NCBI GenBank assembly: GCA_965203175.1
Contig: OZ241867.1
Coordinates: forward strand, 4,736,001-4,800,000
Reading direction: 5' to 3'
DNA: 64,000 nucleotides
Source: Candidatus Latescibacterota bacterium
GTDB lineage: Bacteria > Latescibacterota > UBA2968 > UBA8231
Position 1 is the stretch's first letter. Each line of letters starts with the position of its first letter. The translations under genes and the position numbers were made by a program. The notes under the pieces are model-generated. The model worked only from the letters and a program-made list of their open reading frames with translations, was not told the DNA's origin and did not search any database. Below are positions 9,151 through 19,393 of the stretch, piece by piece.

Positions 9151-10191
9151 TTACGCGCGGAACAAATGGCCCTCAATGGGCAGACTCACTTCAATGCCTG
9201 AAGTGGCCGCCTGCAAGCCGGCTTCCATAATCTCTTGGGCGTGCCGCGATTGGGTGGCATCGGTCGTGCCCTGGGGCGACTGGCCCGAGCGGATGCAGTG
9301 GAGAAAATGCGTGGCGGCATTGCGCTGGGGAGCGGACAATTCGTCGAGTTCCACCTCTGTTCCCTCCCGATTCTGGCGGGTGTACACAGTCACCTGACTC
9401 CCCACTATCATAGTCCCCTCGGTGCCATAAAGCACTACGTCGTGGGGCGGCACGTGAGGCACGGCTTCGGTCCAGGACATTTCCAAGCGGCACAAAGCCT
9501 GGGGGTAGCGCAGCACCATAATGCCGTTGTCGTCAACCGGCAGGTGAGTCTTGAGCAAGCGGCCAGCCATGGCCACGACGCTGTGCGGCCGGCCCAAAAA
9601 GTGGACGCACAGGCTAGCGCCGTACCCGCTGTAGTCGTTAAAGGCCCCGGCTCCGTTGAGCTGGGGATCGAAGAGAAAGCCACAGAACTCGTCGGAGCAG
9701 CCCAGTTCGTCGGGGCCACAGTGACCGCCGCGCCAAGTGAGCTGCCACAATTGCCCGATGGCCCCTTCCCCGACGAGGCGATGAGCCGTGTGCAAGGGCC
9801 GCGACCAAGCCGTGGGCCAGTTGACCATCAGACAGGTCTGGTGGCGCTGGGCCGCAGTCAGCATGCGGTCGGCCTGTTCAAGCGTAGCAGCCATGGGTTT
9901 TTCGACCATCACGTGAATGCCCCGCGCCGCGCACAGCTCGACGATGGGGGCGTGGTGCGCGGTCGCCGAAAAGACGAAGGCCGCATCGGGAGTTTGCGCG
10001 TCGAGCAGGGCTTCGTGCTCGCCGTACACTTGGTCACAGCCCGTACGCTCGCGGAAGCGGTCCTGTAGCACGGGGTTGGGGTCGGCACCCCCTACGAGGG
10101 AAGCACCCTCCTGATCGGCTAGTTCCTTGAGGTTGCCCCACAAGTGATCGTGGGCCATGCCCAGCACGGCGACTTTGATTGGATCGGCCAT
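9151..10191 (-). CDS. Gfo/Idh/MocA family oxidoreductase
   Basis: IKVAVLG N-terminus, HVMVEKPMA, YGTEG; start trimmed to MADPIKV. Confidence 0.9.
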   Translation of the reverse strand: MADPIKVAVLGMAHDHLWGNLKELADQEGASLVGGADPNPVLQDRFRERTGCDQVYGEHEALLDAQTPDAAFVFSATAHHAPIVELCAARGIHVMVEKPMAATLEQADRMLTAAQRHQTCLMVNWPTAWSRPLHTAHRLVGEGAIGQLWQLTWRGGHCGPDELGCSDEFCGFLFDPQLNGAGAFNDYSGYGASLCVHFLGRPHSVVAMAGRLLKTHLPVDDNGIMVLRYPQALCRLEMSWTEAVPHVPPHDVVLYGTEGTMIVGSQVTVYTRQNREGTEVELDELSAPQRNAATHFLHCIRSGQSPQGTTDATQSRHAQEIMEAGLQAATSGIEVSLPIEGHLFRA

Positions 10192-10288
10192 GGACAATAA
10201 GCTCCTGAGTATCGTTGAGTGTGTGATATGGAAGACGCCAACTGCTCTGGTCAATCTATATCCCTGAGGATAACAAGGGCAAGCCGCC

Positions 10289-10317
10289 TTGAACGAGGAA
10301 GGGCCGCCCGCTATAAT
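10289..10317 (+). promoter_or_regulatory. Sigma70-type promoter TTGAAC-N17-TATAAT (copy 1 of duplicated promoter)
   Basis: Near-consensus hexamers with 17-nt spacer upstream of uxuA-like gene; 27/29 identical to 19365-19393. Confidence 0.7.
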
Positions 10318-10382
10318 ACCCTTGCTATTATAGCACGGAGAAGTGCCGCCGTAATCCTCGAAACAAAACGAAAGGATGAAAT

Positions 10383-11363
10383 ATGAAAATCGCTTTGGCT
10401 CTCGGACCAGACGCCAGCGCCGTATCGACTTTCGGTACCCAATGTGGAGTCGAGCATGCCGTCGGCACCTTCGGCCTCGCGCCGATACCAGATAAACCGA
10501 TCAATGACGAAGCACAGCCGTTCAGCCGCCAATCCCTAGCTCGTTTCAAGACGCAGTACGAGCAAAATGGCTATCAGCTATCGGTCATTGAAAGCCGTCC
10601 TCCCATGGAAAAAATCAAGCTAGCCCTGCCGGGACGCGACGAAGAGATCGCCGTCGTCTGCGAGTTTATCCGCAACATGGGGGCGGTCGGCATCCCGGTG
10701 TGGTGCCCTGCGTGGATGCCGATCCTCTTCGTGATTCGCACGTCGTCCGAAATCCCGACGCGAGGCGGCGCCAAGGTGACCGGCTTCGACCTTGAAGAAT
10801 TCAACAAGACCCACCCCGCCGGAGAGCATGGCGAAGTCACCGAGGAGGACCAGTGGGACAACCTGAAATACTTCCTCGAGCGCGTTGTCCCCGTCGCCGA
10901 AGAGGCGAACGTCAAGCTCGCCATGCATCCCGACGATCCGCCCCTGTCGCCGATTCAGGGCATCGCCCGCATCATCAGCAGCGTTGAGAACTACCAGAAG
11001 ATGGTCGATCTCGTTCCCAGCCCGGCAAACGGCATCGGCCTCTGTCAAGGCAACTTCGGCCTGATGACCGACGACCTGCCGAGCGTCATTCGCCATTTCG
11101 GCGAGCAGAAAAAGGTCCACTTCGTCCATTTCCGCGACATCAGGGGCACGCCGGAGAAGTTCGACGAGGCCTTCCACGACGACGGCAAGCACGATATGGC
11201 GGCCTGTGTCAGAGCCTATCGCGACACGGGATACGAGGGAGTCGCACGCCCCGATCATTTCCCGCAGTTGACCTACGAGGATTTCGTCGATGTGCACTCG
11301 ATGGAGCGCCTCTACGCCATTGGCTACATGAGAGGCTTGATCGAGGCGGTGTACAGCGAATGA
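10383..11363 (+). CDS. uxuA: Mannonate dehydratase family
   Basis: WDNLKYFLERVVPVAEEANVKLAMHPDDPP, HFVHFRDI, RPDH, YAIGYMRGL. Confidence 0.88.
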   Translation: MKIALALGPDASAVSTFGTQCGVEHAVGTFGLAPIPDKPINDEAQPFSRQSLARFKTQYEQNGYQLSVIESRPPMEKIKLALPGRDEEIAVVCEFIRNMGAVGIPVWCPAWMPILFVIRTSSEIPTRGGAKVTGFDLEEFNKTHPAGEHGEVTEEDQWDNLKYFLERVVPVAEEANVKLAMHPDDPPLSPIQGIARIISSVENYQKMVDLVPSPANGIGLCQGNFGLMTDDLPSVIRHFGEQKKVHFVHFRDIRGTPEKFDEAFHDDGKHDMAACVRAYRDTGYEGVARPDHFPQLTYEDFVDVHSMERLYAIGYMRGLIEAVYSE

Positions 11364-11448
11364 CTGCGGAACTATTCGGTAGATGGCCGATCGCCCGTCG
11401 CTGGGCGCAGGTCTCCGGCTATAATGCCGTTTCTCAGGAGAATTGCTT

Positions 11449-12192
11449 GTGAAAGTAGCCATTATGGGTGCCGCCGGGTGGGTTGGCCGGGCCGTGCTGG
11501 AAAACTTTGCCGGTCGCCATCAGGTGCGCGCCTTCGATTACAGGCCCGAAGCTTGGGCGACGTACCACCGATTCGACGGCGACTGGGAGGGTGAAAAGCA
11601 CTACGGGGACATCGCCGACTTCCACGCCGTCCACAAGACCTTGGAAGGTATGGACGGCGTCGTCCATCTAGCCGCCTACTTTGGCTACGAGAACCCGCCC
11701 GAAGACGATATGAACCCCTTTCGCATCAATCTCAAGGGGATGTGGAACGTCCTAGAGTCGGCCCGTCGCCACGAGCTCAAACGAGTGGTACACATGAGTT
11801 CCTGCGTCGTACAACATCCAGACGGCCTTTTCCTATCGTCGGATGTCCGCAGCAAGGAAGGAAGCCTGTACGGCATATCCAAGCGCCTGCAGGAGGAAAT
11901 GTGCCGCCAGTTCCACGACGCCTATGGCTTGCGGATCATCGTTTTCCGGCCCTGTAGCATCGGCGACAGCAGGCTCGGCATCAGTCGAGACGGCAGCCCC
12001 GCTCGCAGCAGCGTTGGCTGGGTCTGTCGGCACGATTTGGCCGAGGCCTGCCACTTGGCGCTAACATCCGAGACCATTGACTTCGACATCATGCACACGG
12101 CTAGTCACCCGGACGCGGATAAGTACTGCAACGTCACCCGGTCCAGGGAATTGCTCGGTCTGGAGTACAAAGGGCACTTTCCCGGCGACTGA
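11449..12192 (+). CDS. NAD-dependent epimerase/dehydratase (uronate dehydrogenase-like)
   Basis: GAAGWVG, VVHLAA, YGISK; GTG start after AGGAG; TATAAT at 11420. Confidence 0.87.
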   Translation: MKVAIMGAAGWVGRAVLENFAGRHQVRAFDYRPEAWATYHRFDGDWEGEKHYGDIADFHAVHKTLEGMDGVVHLAAYFGYENPPEDDMNPFRINLKGMWNVLESARRHELKRVVHMSSCVVQHPDGLFLSSDVRSKEGSLYGISKRLQEEMCRQFHDAYGLRIIVFRPCSIGDSRLGISRDGSPARSSVGWVCRHDLAEACHLALTSETIDFDIMHTASHPDADKYCNVTRSRELLGLEYKGHFPGD

Positions 12193-12222
12193 CACCATTA
12201 TCCTCTTCCCAAAAGGAACACT

Positions 12223-13368
12223 ATGCCCCCCCACTACGACGTCCTACTCAAAAACGGCCATCTCATCGACCCCAAAAACGGCCTTGACGGCCCGGCCGAT
12301 CTCGCCGTCAAAGACGGAAAAGTTGCCGCTGTGGGGCCGCAGTTGCCCGGCACTGCGGAACGACAAGCCGATGTCGCCGGCCTCTACGTCACCCCCGGCC
12401 TCATCGACATCCACCTGCACGTGTACGGCGGTTTTAATGCTTGGCTCTTCCCCGATCCTCACAACCTGCCGCACGGCGTCACCACCTGCGTCGATACGGG
12501 CGGTGCCGGGTGCAAGGATATTGCGGATTTCAAAGAAACCATCATGGACCAGTCCATCACCCGCGTCCTCGCCTTTGTCAACATCGTCGGCGCTGGCATG
12601 ACCGGCCCCCCTGAGCAGGACACCACCGACATGGACCCCATCCCCTGCGCCGCTGCGGTCGAGCGCTATCCCGAGCACATCGTCGGGGTCAAATCGGCCC
12701 ACTTTGGCGGGCCGGGGTGGGAATCGACCGGCGGGGCCATTGAGGCGGCGCGGCGGGCCGGCAGTATTGTCATGGTCGATTTCTCGCCCAAACCCACCCG
12801 CACGTACCCCGAGTTGCTCGCCCGCTACAGCCCCGGCGACATCCACACCCACTGCTACTCCATGCGCACGCCCATGCTCGACGATAACGACCGCATCTTC
12901 GACTTTGTCTGGCAGGCCCGCGAGCGCGGCGTGATTTTCGACTTGGGCCACGGCAACGCCTCCTTCCGCTTCCACATTGCCGTGCCAGCTATGGCCCAAG
13001 GCTTCCCGCCCGATACCATCAGCACCGACCTGCACCGCCGCAGCCGCCTGCTGCCCAATGCCACGATGAATATCACCATGTCGAAAATGCTGGCCTTGAG
13101 AATGCCGTTGCAAGAGGTCATCTACCGCTCGACCCAGCGCCCCGCCGAAGTCATCCGCCGGCCCGAGCTAGGCCACCTGAGCGTAGGCGCAGAAGCCGAC
13201 GTGGCAGTGCTGGCCGTGCACGAAGGCCGCTTCGGCTTTGTCGATGCCACTCGCAGCACCCTGCAAGGCAGCCAAAAAATAGAGGGCCGCATGACCCTGC
13301 GAGCCGGCGAAATTGTCTGGGATCAGGACGGTTTGAGCCTGCCGTCGTGGGAGGAAGGGCCGCGCTAA
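12223..13368 (+). CDS. Amidohydrolase/deacetylase family metallohydrolase (dihydroorotase-like)
   Basis: PGLIDIHLH, GVTTCVDTG, FDLGHG, TISTDLH, GAEADVAVL. Confidence 0.88.
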   Translation: MPPHYDVLLKNGHLIDPKNGLDGPADLAVKDGKVAAVGPQLPGTAERQADVAGLYVTPGLIDIHLHVYGGFNAWLFPDPHNLPHGVTTCVDTGGAGCKDIADFKETIMDQSITRVLAFVNIVGAGMTGPPEQDTTDMDPIPCAAAVERYPEHIVGVKSAHFGGPGWESTGGAIEAARRAGSIVMVDFSPKPTRTYPELLARYSPGDIHTHCYSMRTPMLDDNDRIFDFVWQARERGVIFDLGHGNASFRFHIAVPAMAQGFPPDTISTDLHRRSRLLPNATMNITMSKMLALRMPLQEVIYRSTQRPAEVIRRPELGHLSVGAEADVAVLAVHEGRFGFVDATRSTLQGSQKIEGRMTLRAGEIVWDQDGLSLPSWEEGPR

Positions 13369-13377
13369 GCGCTCGAC

Positions 13378-16095
13378 CTATTGCAACCCGGCGTAGAGGG
13401 TAACAAAACTCTGGGTAGCCGTGAGAGTCTCGGCCTCCGCAAAATTCTTGCGCTCCACCACAAAACCAGCCAGAGCTTGGATCCGATACCCCAGATAGGC
13501 CGATTCCGTCACTAACTGGAAAGCCCAACTCAGCGAGTTGAAGTCCTCACTATCTCGGTCTAAATCGTTGAAAAAGGCGTACTCCATCCCGGCCTGCGCC
13601 CTAGTCGCGGACAAAAGCTGAGTCTCCAACAACACCGAAACCAACTCCAGCAGCGTCGTTTGCTTCGCCTGATCAAACAGCGACCGGCTCTGTTGCACCC
13701 ACTCGCTCTTCCAACGCGGCTCCACAGTTACGCCCCGCCAAGCGTAGCGGTAACTCGCCTTATTGATCAAGCCAAAGAAAAAGTCCGACGGAGCTAAGTC
13801 GTGCTGTCGGCGTTGTTTCGCGCTCATCAACTGCCGGAAAAGCACCCAGTTGAGCTTGCTCATCACCTGGAGATTTTCGCCCGTCAGACTGTGGCCGACA
13901 AAGAGTTGATTGACCCACGTATCCCGCGCCAACAGCGGATCGTCAAGATGCACCAACTGTCCACCCCGCAAGGTATTGTCTGGCCGCCACTGCAAGAGCG
14001 GATTGGGAATGTCGTCCGCGACCAACTGGCTCATCTCAAACAGCCGCACTCGGCCCCAGCGCGGCCACACCCGCTCGTAGCCCACCTGCACGTACGTGCT
14101 GTGATTTTTGCGGTCGGCTGAGATCTGCGCCTCGCGCAAGGCCCCGGCTTTAAACTGCCAATGCCGACCTAGCCCCACGCCGCCATAGACATTGAAGCCT
14201 GCCTGATCGCGGCGGTAGGGATAGTCCGGCTCAGTGTCGTTCTCGTACAGATCAACCCAGAAGTTGTGGTTCATATCCACGCCAAAGAGGAACTCGGGCC
14301 GGTCCACCTGGAAGCGCAGGAAGGGCTCTTGGTAATCGGGGATGTTATTGGCCTTGACGCGATTGTCGTTCTGGTTGAAGTCGGGCACCAAGTCGTTGTT
14401 CAGATCCCAACCGGGAAAAACCTGCCGATCGTCAACGAGAAAATCGGCGCGGAAGGCATCGGGGAAGCGGTCTTGGTCGTCGTTGTCTTCGACCAGATCA
14501 AAGCGGTTGCCCTGGCGAGCGTAGTCGAGTCCAGTAGTAGTAGTGACAAAAGCTTGGGTATTGTAGCGCGGGTCAATGGAATACACCTCGCCGAACAACG
14601 TGAACGGTGCCCAAGCTTTGCGGACATTCACCATCCAAGCCGGCGCACTGGGTTGGCCCTTAACCCCCGCCGAGGCCGTGTGCGTTTCCTCGGCGACGTT
14701 GGGGTATTGACGCCAACTCCAACTCAAATCGTATTCGCCGTACGCGTCGAATCCGAGCAGATCCTGCACCCGGAGGGTGCCACCGGCCACAGTGGTAGCA
14801 GTGGGCAGGCCGTAGGCAAAGCTGACCACGCCTAAATTGGAAATGTCCTGCACATTGCCCGCCGCCTGCGACACCAGCGTAAAAAAGGGATTTTCCGTCG
14901 GCGCTACGTCGAGCCGGGTAAATCCCTCTTCGCCCAAGCCGCGCACTCCCTCACCCGGATCGAGCAGTCCCAACTGGCGATCGGAACTCATCCAGACCTG
15001 ATAGTCATTGGCTAGTACCAACCGAAATTCTACTGCGACGATCTCCGCCTTGTCTGCCGCAGCCCGGTTGACAAACGACGCACTGTCAAAGTCGTAGAGC
15101 AGGCTGATTTGCTCGCTGCCGTCCGCGCTGAGAAAGCCCCGCCGCTCCAATCCCCCTTCAATCACCGGACCAAAGCGGATGTCCCGGCCCTGCTCCACCG
15201 TGCCGTCGCGATAGGTGATGATCACGTCCGAGGCGTCCGGGAAAAAGGCCGCACCGCCGAGGCCGTCCTCCGGCGAGTCGTCCCGCAAGAGGATTTCGAT
15301 CTGCCCAACTGTCTGGTTCTGTTCGTTGGTCAAAGATCCTTTGTGCAAGGTCTCCACGAGTTGGTCAGCCACACTATTGGTCTGGTGGGCGCTAACCGCG
15401 TGCAACCCCACCTCGACGAAATCGCCCACCTGCGCTGCAAAACGGCCTCCCGCCAAAGACGTGGCGTCCGTAAAGGCCCGCTCCGTCTCCTGGATGGCCC
15501 TAGGCCCTGAGATCAGCGAATGGAGGAACGTCATTTGATACTTGTCCGTGGCCAAATCCAGTTGGAATCCATTCAAGCGCGGCTTGGAAAAGGCCAGTGG
15601 CGTCAGGGTCGTGCGTAGATTGTTGCTCACTGTCAGCGCGTAGTGATACTGGCCCTTCCGGTCCCCGGCGATCACCAACTGATTAAACCATCGGTCGAAC
15701 ACATTCGTCTTGAACAGGGTGCTGCCCGCCTCCTGAGGCCGCGTCTGCGCGGTGTTGAACACCAGCCAGCCTTGGGTCAGGTAATTCCCATACAAATCGT
15801 AGAAGTAATCCCCCTGTAGATCGACTTCCACATAGCGCCGGTACGGCAGCCGCGCCCGATTGGTGTACTGCCACTGCCGCCAGTGGTATTCTTCGTATAG
15901 TTCCTGCGGCACGTACCAGCGCCGCACCGCCGGATCCAGCGCGGCCAGATACACTTCTGGACTCAGAGTCATCAGCCGAGCTTCCGCACCCTGCTGCAAC
16001 CCCAACCGACTGCCGTACTCGACCTGAGCGGCGCTGTCGCAAAAGACCGCAAGGCCGAGCAGTATGGCGAATTTTTGTCTCGTCGAGTTGCTCAT
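13378..16095 (-). CDS. Large secreted hypothetical protein, probable outer-membrane beta-barrel with Asp-rich Ca-binding-like loops
   Basis: Signal peptide from MSNSTRQK; alternating amphipathic strands in C-terminal ~280 aa ending FVTLYAGLQ; DxxDxD-like motifs. Confidence 0.7.
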   Translation of the reverse strand: MSNSTRQKFAILLGLAVFCDSAAQVEYGSRLGLQQGAEARLMTLSPEVYLAALDPAVRRWYVPQELYEEYHWRQWQYTNRARLPYRRYVEVDLQGDYFYDLYGNYLTQGWLVFNTAQTRPQEAGSTLFKTNVFDRWFNQLVIAGDRKGQYHYALTVSNNLRTTLTPLAFSKPRLNGFQLDLATDKYQMTFLHSLISGPRAIQETERAFTDATSLAGGRFAAQVGDFVEVGLHAVSAHQTNSVADQLVETLHKGSLTNEQNQTVGQIEILLRDDSPEDGLGGAAFFPDASDVIITYRDGTVEQGRDIRFGPVIEGGLERRGFLSADGSEQISLLYDFDSASFVNRAAADKAEIVAVEFRLVLANDYQVWMSSDRQLGLLDPGEGVRGLGEEGFTRLDVAPTENPFFTLVSQAAGNVQDISNLGVVSFAYGLPTATTVAGGTLRVQDLLGFDAYGEYDLSWSWRQYPNVAEETHTASAGVKGQPSAPAWMVNVRKAWAPFTLFGEVYSIDPRYNTQAFVTTTTGLDYARQGNRFDLVEDNDDQDRFPDAFRADFLVDDRQVFPGWDLNNDLVPDFNQNDNRVKANNIPDYQEPFLRFQVDRPEFLFGVDMNHNFWVDLYENDTEPDYPYRRDQAGFNVYGGVGLGRHWQFKAGALREAQISADRKNHSTYVQVGYERVWPRWGRVRLFEMSQLVADDIPNPLLQWRPDNTLRGGQLVHLDDPLLARDTWVNQLFVGHSLTGENLQVMSKLNWVLFRQLMSAKQRRQHDLAPSDFFFGLINKASYRYAWRGVTVEPRWKSEWVQQSRSLFDQAKQTTLLELVSVLLETQLLSATRAQAGMEYAFFNDLDRDSEDFNSLSWAFQLVTESAYLGYRIQALAGFVVERKNFAEAETLTATQSFVTLYAGLQ

Positions 16096-16112
16096 AGGAC
16101 GACCGCCGCGTC

Positions 16113-19100
16113 TCAATAGGCCACGGCAATGAGGCGGACTCGGGTCTGTCCGCTAAAGGCCGTAGCGTCCGCGTCCACCTCGATCTTGCACAAATACAAG
16201 CCCGGTGCCACAACCTGCCCCTCCTCGTCTCTCCCATCCCAGATAAACCGCTGCTGCCCACCCGTAGCCAACGCCTCCAACTGCCTCACTTGACTACCCG
16301 CTAGCGTATAGATCCGCACTGCCAACGACCGCTCCGCCTGTACCCGAAACAAGGAAAAGCCGATCTCGGCCACCTCGTTGACCCCATCGCCGTTGGGCGT
16401 AAAAGGATTCGGCGCGATCGCTACCTGGGCAATGGCCGCGTCGGCCCCTTGCGCGCGAATGGCCAAGCTCTTTGCGGGACTCAGCCCAGTGACATCGCCG
16501 CCGTCGGCCGCCTGCCACGCGGTCAGGGGCTGGCTCTGCCGCACTGCAACGGCCAAGCGCGTCCCCTGCAAATACACCCGCGAGGCAAAGCGCAGCCGCA
16601 TCAATCGGCCCCGGTCCATCACCCAACCCCGCTGATCACCCAGCCTGTTGTACCGACTCTGGTCAAGACTATCACCAGCCGCATCAAAGGGCACCTGATC
16701 GCCCAAACCAACGACCTTGCGGAAGTAGCGCACCGGCCCCTGCTCGGCTGCGGCTAGCGCCTCGTAGGTTTCCGCGTCCACCTCGACCAGACCACCACTC
16801 TCCTGCCGCTGAAAGTAGCGCACCGCGCCCTGTTCGGCCTCGGGCAGAAGACTGTACGAGGTAAAGGTCAACAAATTGCGATCTAGCCCGGTGGGCACCT
16901 CGTCGCCGGGAATCACCGCACGGTAGTATACCGGCGCGAGGATTTCGGAGGATGCCCCCTGCACAGTCTCGGGAAAACGCAACCACAGCGAATCGCCTTC
17001 GGCGTGCACGGCCAACTCGGCCCCCTGCACATCGAGCAGCCGACCGTCGCCACCTCGCGCAAAGCGCTGAAACGAAGTCTCGGACGCCAACTCCGCTTCT
17101 GTGCCCAAGGCCACATCGACCAGCCGCAGGTCCAGCCCCGGCTCGGCGCGCAGCCGCACTTCGTCGAAACCTAGGCTGCGCATATTAGCTGGCTGCGCTA
17201 AAAAGTCGGGTTGGACAAAAAGAGCAAATGTGTCGAGCACTCCTGCCTCCACTGCCGTCGGCCACACCTCGGCGCGCAGCCGCTGCACCACCGGCTGATG
17301 AAGACCCACTGAAATGCGATGCAGCGCTGGCACGTGCTGACCGCCGTCGTTTTTGAGCCGCACCTGGAGCTGCATAAAGCGCCGCAGACTCGGCGAACTC
17401 GCCAATTCTCCCGGCTGCCGATACTGTTGGCTCCACGCGCTCCACCCCGGTCCGACGACCACCGTGGTATCCGAAGGCCCCTTGAGAAAACCGGCCAAAG
17501 TTCTGTATTCGTCCGCAGTCTTCTCATTGCCGGTTTTGTCGAAGTAGCGGATTTGCTGCAACAGTTGGTCGCCAGTGCGGGTGCGGATTTCCACGTCCGT
17601 ACCCGGCGGCGTGTCGGCGTCCCAGTGGACCGCACCGAGAGCCACCAGCCCCGGCAACTCGATCAAGTCCGATTCCAACACCACCTCGGCCGGCGGACGG
17701 CTGGAAAACAGCATGATCTCGGTGATCGACGACCAGAAGGCATTGACCAAAATCCCCTGCCCGGCTCCGCTTTCGGAGCGACCGCCGACAAAACCCGGAG
17801 GAAAGTGGGCAAAGACGATCAAGTCGAGGAGACGGGCTTTGAGCGGCGGATCCTGGGGATCGACAATCGAACTGAAGCGGCCCGAGTCACCGCGCGGCAG
17901 CGCTGCGGCCACGCTGTACTCGCGCTCTGGTGGACTAATGCGCTGCCATTTAAGGCCACCGCGGACGTCGCGCCCGCCAGCAGAAGCCCGCATGATATAG
18001 CCGCGCATACCCGACCCCGTAAGACGCACCTGCTCCAGCCACACTGCGCCGCCAATATCGACGGTCAGCACATTGCCGCCGGGATTGAGGGGATTGCGGG
18101 TTTGATGGGAGTAATAGGTAGCGTCGTCCCCGTCGAATGCCGTCAGCGGATTCTTACCCGGCGTGGTCAGCGCGAGCGAGCCGCCGTTTTTGACCAAGTT
18201 GATGCCGATGTTGTCGCCCCAACCCCAGGCCTCGACCTCGGCCAAGCGCGGCAATTCCCGGCGGTAATAGCCCCGCCGCCCCTGCCGCTCTGCGGCCAGA
18301 GCTTGATAGGTCGCCTCGTCCACCGGCTCCTCGCGTCCGGCCACGTCCCGCGCAAAGTAAACCACATCGCCCCGCTCGTCGGCCGACAACTCCTCCCACG
18401 CTTCCTCGGTAATCTGTTCGGCCCGCCCTCCCCGCGTATCCGTGATTACAATGCGGATGGTCTCAATGCTCTTGCCCGTCCACTCGGGCGAGGGCTTTCT
18501 CGCTTCGATCAGCAGCCTATCACTAACCACGCCGGAAGCTGGGGGCAGTTCGGGGCTGGTGTGCTCGCTTTCAAAAATGTATTCGCGCTGCGTGGTACTG
18601 GGCGCGTCCTGCGGAATGAACAGTTGGAAGCCAATGCGGCTATTCGGCTCGTGCAACAGCGCGCTCTGCCGACGCGACAACAGCATGATAAACTGCAGAA
18701 ACGGATCGCCGAGTTCTTCGCCGACGAACTGGAGCTTGAGCCGCTCCACAGGCACAGCCCGCCCCAGATCGACCTCAATCCACCACTGCTCGATGGGGTC
18801 GCGTGGGTCCGGCTCCCAAAACGTGGTCGGATCGCCGTCGAGAATACGCTCCGCTAACTGCGGATTGGACCCCACCCGGCTAATCCCCGGCCGCACCCAG
18901 TAGTCGAAGACCAGTTCGTTGAGCGTATTGCGAATCGGCTCGCCAAATACATCGAACTGCATAGTGCTGTCGATCGTGCCAATGCGCGGGTCATCCGTGT
19001 TGATGACTATCGGCCGTCTGAGCGTGCGATCCTCTAAGACATTGTACACCGTCCGCAACTGGCGCGTCCGCACGGCCCCAGCCTCGTCGATGTGCGCTAG

Positions 19101-19250
19101 ATGGGCGGGGATCTTCCACTGCCGCCAGTGCTGCGCCAGATCGACCACCACCTCGTCGCCGCTTAACTGGTAGCCCCGTTGGGCCTCAACAGGTGCCAGA
19201 CTCAGCGCCAAGCCGACAAAAATCTTCTGCACGACAAAGCTGTGTTTCAT
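16113..19250 (-). CDS. Large secreted protein with discoidin/F5-8-like segments and C-terminal FlgD-Ig/CHU_C-type domain
   Basis: Signal peptide from MKHSFVV; ILDGDPTTFW...WIEVDLG and AFDGDDATY discoidin-like motifs; C-terminal PNPFTPNGDGVNE...WDGRDEEGQVVAPGLYL...LIAVAY. Confidence 0.85.
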   Translation of the reverse strand: MKHSFVVQKIFVGLALSLAPVEAQRGYQLSGDEVVVDLAQHWRQWKIPAHLAHIDEAGAVRTRQLRTVYNVLEDRTLRRPIVINTDDPRIGTIDSTMQFDVFGEPIRNTLNELVFDYWVRPGISRVGSNPQLAERILDGDPTTFWEPDPRDPIEQWWIEVDLGRAVPVERLKLQFVGEELGDPFLQFIMLLSRRQSALLHEPNSRIGFQLFIPQDAPSTTQREYIFESEHTSPELPPASGVVSDRLLIEARKPSPEWTGKSIETIRIVITDTRGGRAEQITEEAWEELSADERGDVVYFARDVAGREEPVDEATYQALAAERQGRRGYYRRELPRLAEVEAWGWGDNIGINLVKNGGSLALTTPGKNPLTAFDGDDATYYSHQTRNPLNPGGNVLTVDIGGAVWLEQVRLTGSGMRGYIMRASAGGRDVRGGLKWQRISPPEREYSVAAALPRGDSGRFSSIVDPQDPPLKARLLDLIVFAHFPPGFVGGRSESGAGQGILVNAFWSSITEIMLFSSRPPAEVVLESDLIELPGLVALGAVHWDADTPPGTDVEIRTRTGDQLLQQIRYFDKTGNEKTADEYRTLAGFLKGPSDTTVVVGPGWSAWSQQYRQPGELASSPSLRRFMQLQVRLKNDGGQHVPALHRISVGLHQPVVQRLRAEVWPTAVEAGVLDTFALFVQPDFLAQPANMRSLGFDEVRLRAEPGLDLRLVDVALGTEAELASETSFQRFARGGDGRLLDVQGAELAVHAEGDSLWLRFPETVQGASSEILAPVYYRAVIPGDEVPTGLDRNLLTFTSYSLLPEAEQGAVRYFQRQESGGLVEVDAETYEALAAAEQGPVRYFRKVVGLGDQVPFDAAGDSLDQSRYNRLGDQRGWVMDRGRLMRLRFASRVYLQGTRLAVAVRQSQPLTAWQAADGGDVTGLSPAKSLAIRAQGADAAIAQVAIAPNPFTPNGDGVNEVAEIGFSLFRVQAERSLAVRIYTLAGSQVRQLEALATGGQQRFIWDGRDEEGQVVAPGLYLCKIEVDADATAFSGQTRVRLIAVAY

Positions 19251-19364
19251 GGCTGCGTGAATTCTCTCACCCATAGGTAAAGATCAAATCAGGTATAATT
19301 ACAGTGTCCGTCGCAACTATATGCCGCTTTCCCTACAGATGTCAAACGCATATGCTGAACAAAT

Positions 19365-19393
19365 TTGAAAGAGGAAGGGCCGCCCGCTATATT
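19365..19393 (+). promoter_or_regulatory. Sigma70-type promoter TTGAAA-N17-TATATT (copy 2 of duplicated promoter)
   Basis: Identical 17-nt spacer GAGGAAGGGCCGCCCGC to 10289 copy; lies upstream of histidine kinase. Confidence 0.7.

Noticed and set aside
17319-18857. 512-aa plus-strand ORF and many other long overlapping ORFs
   Set aside because: Antisense shadows of well-supported genes in GC-rich DNA; no motifs.
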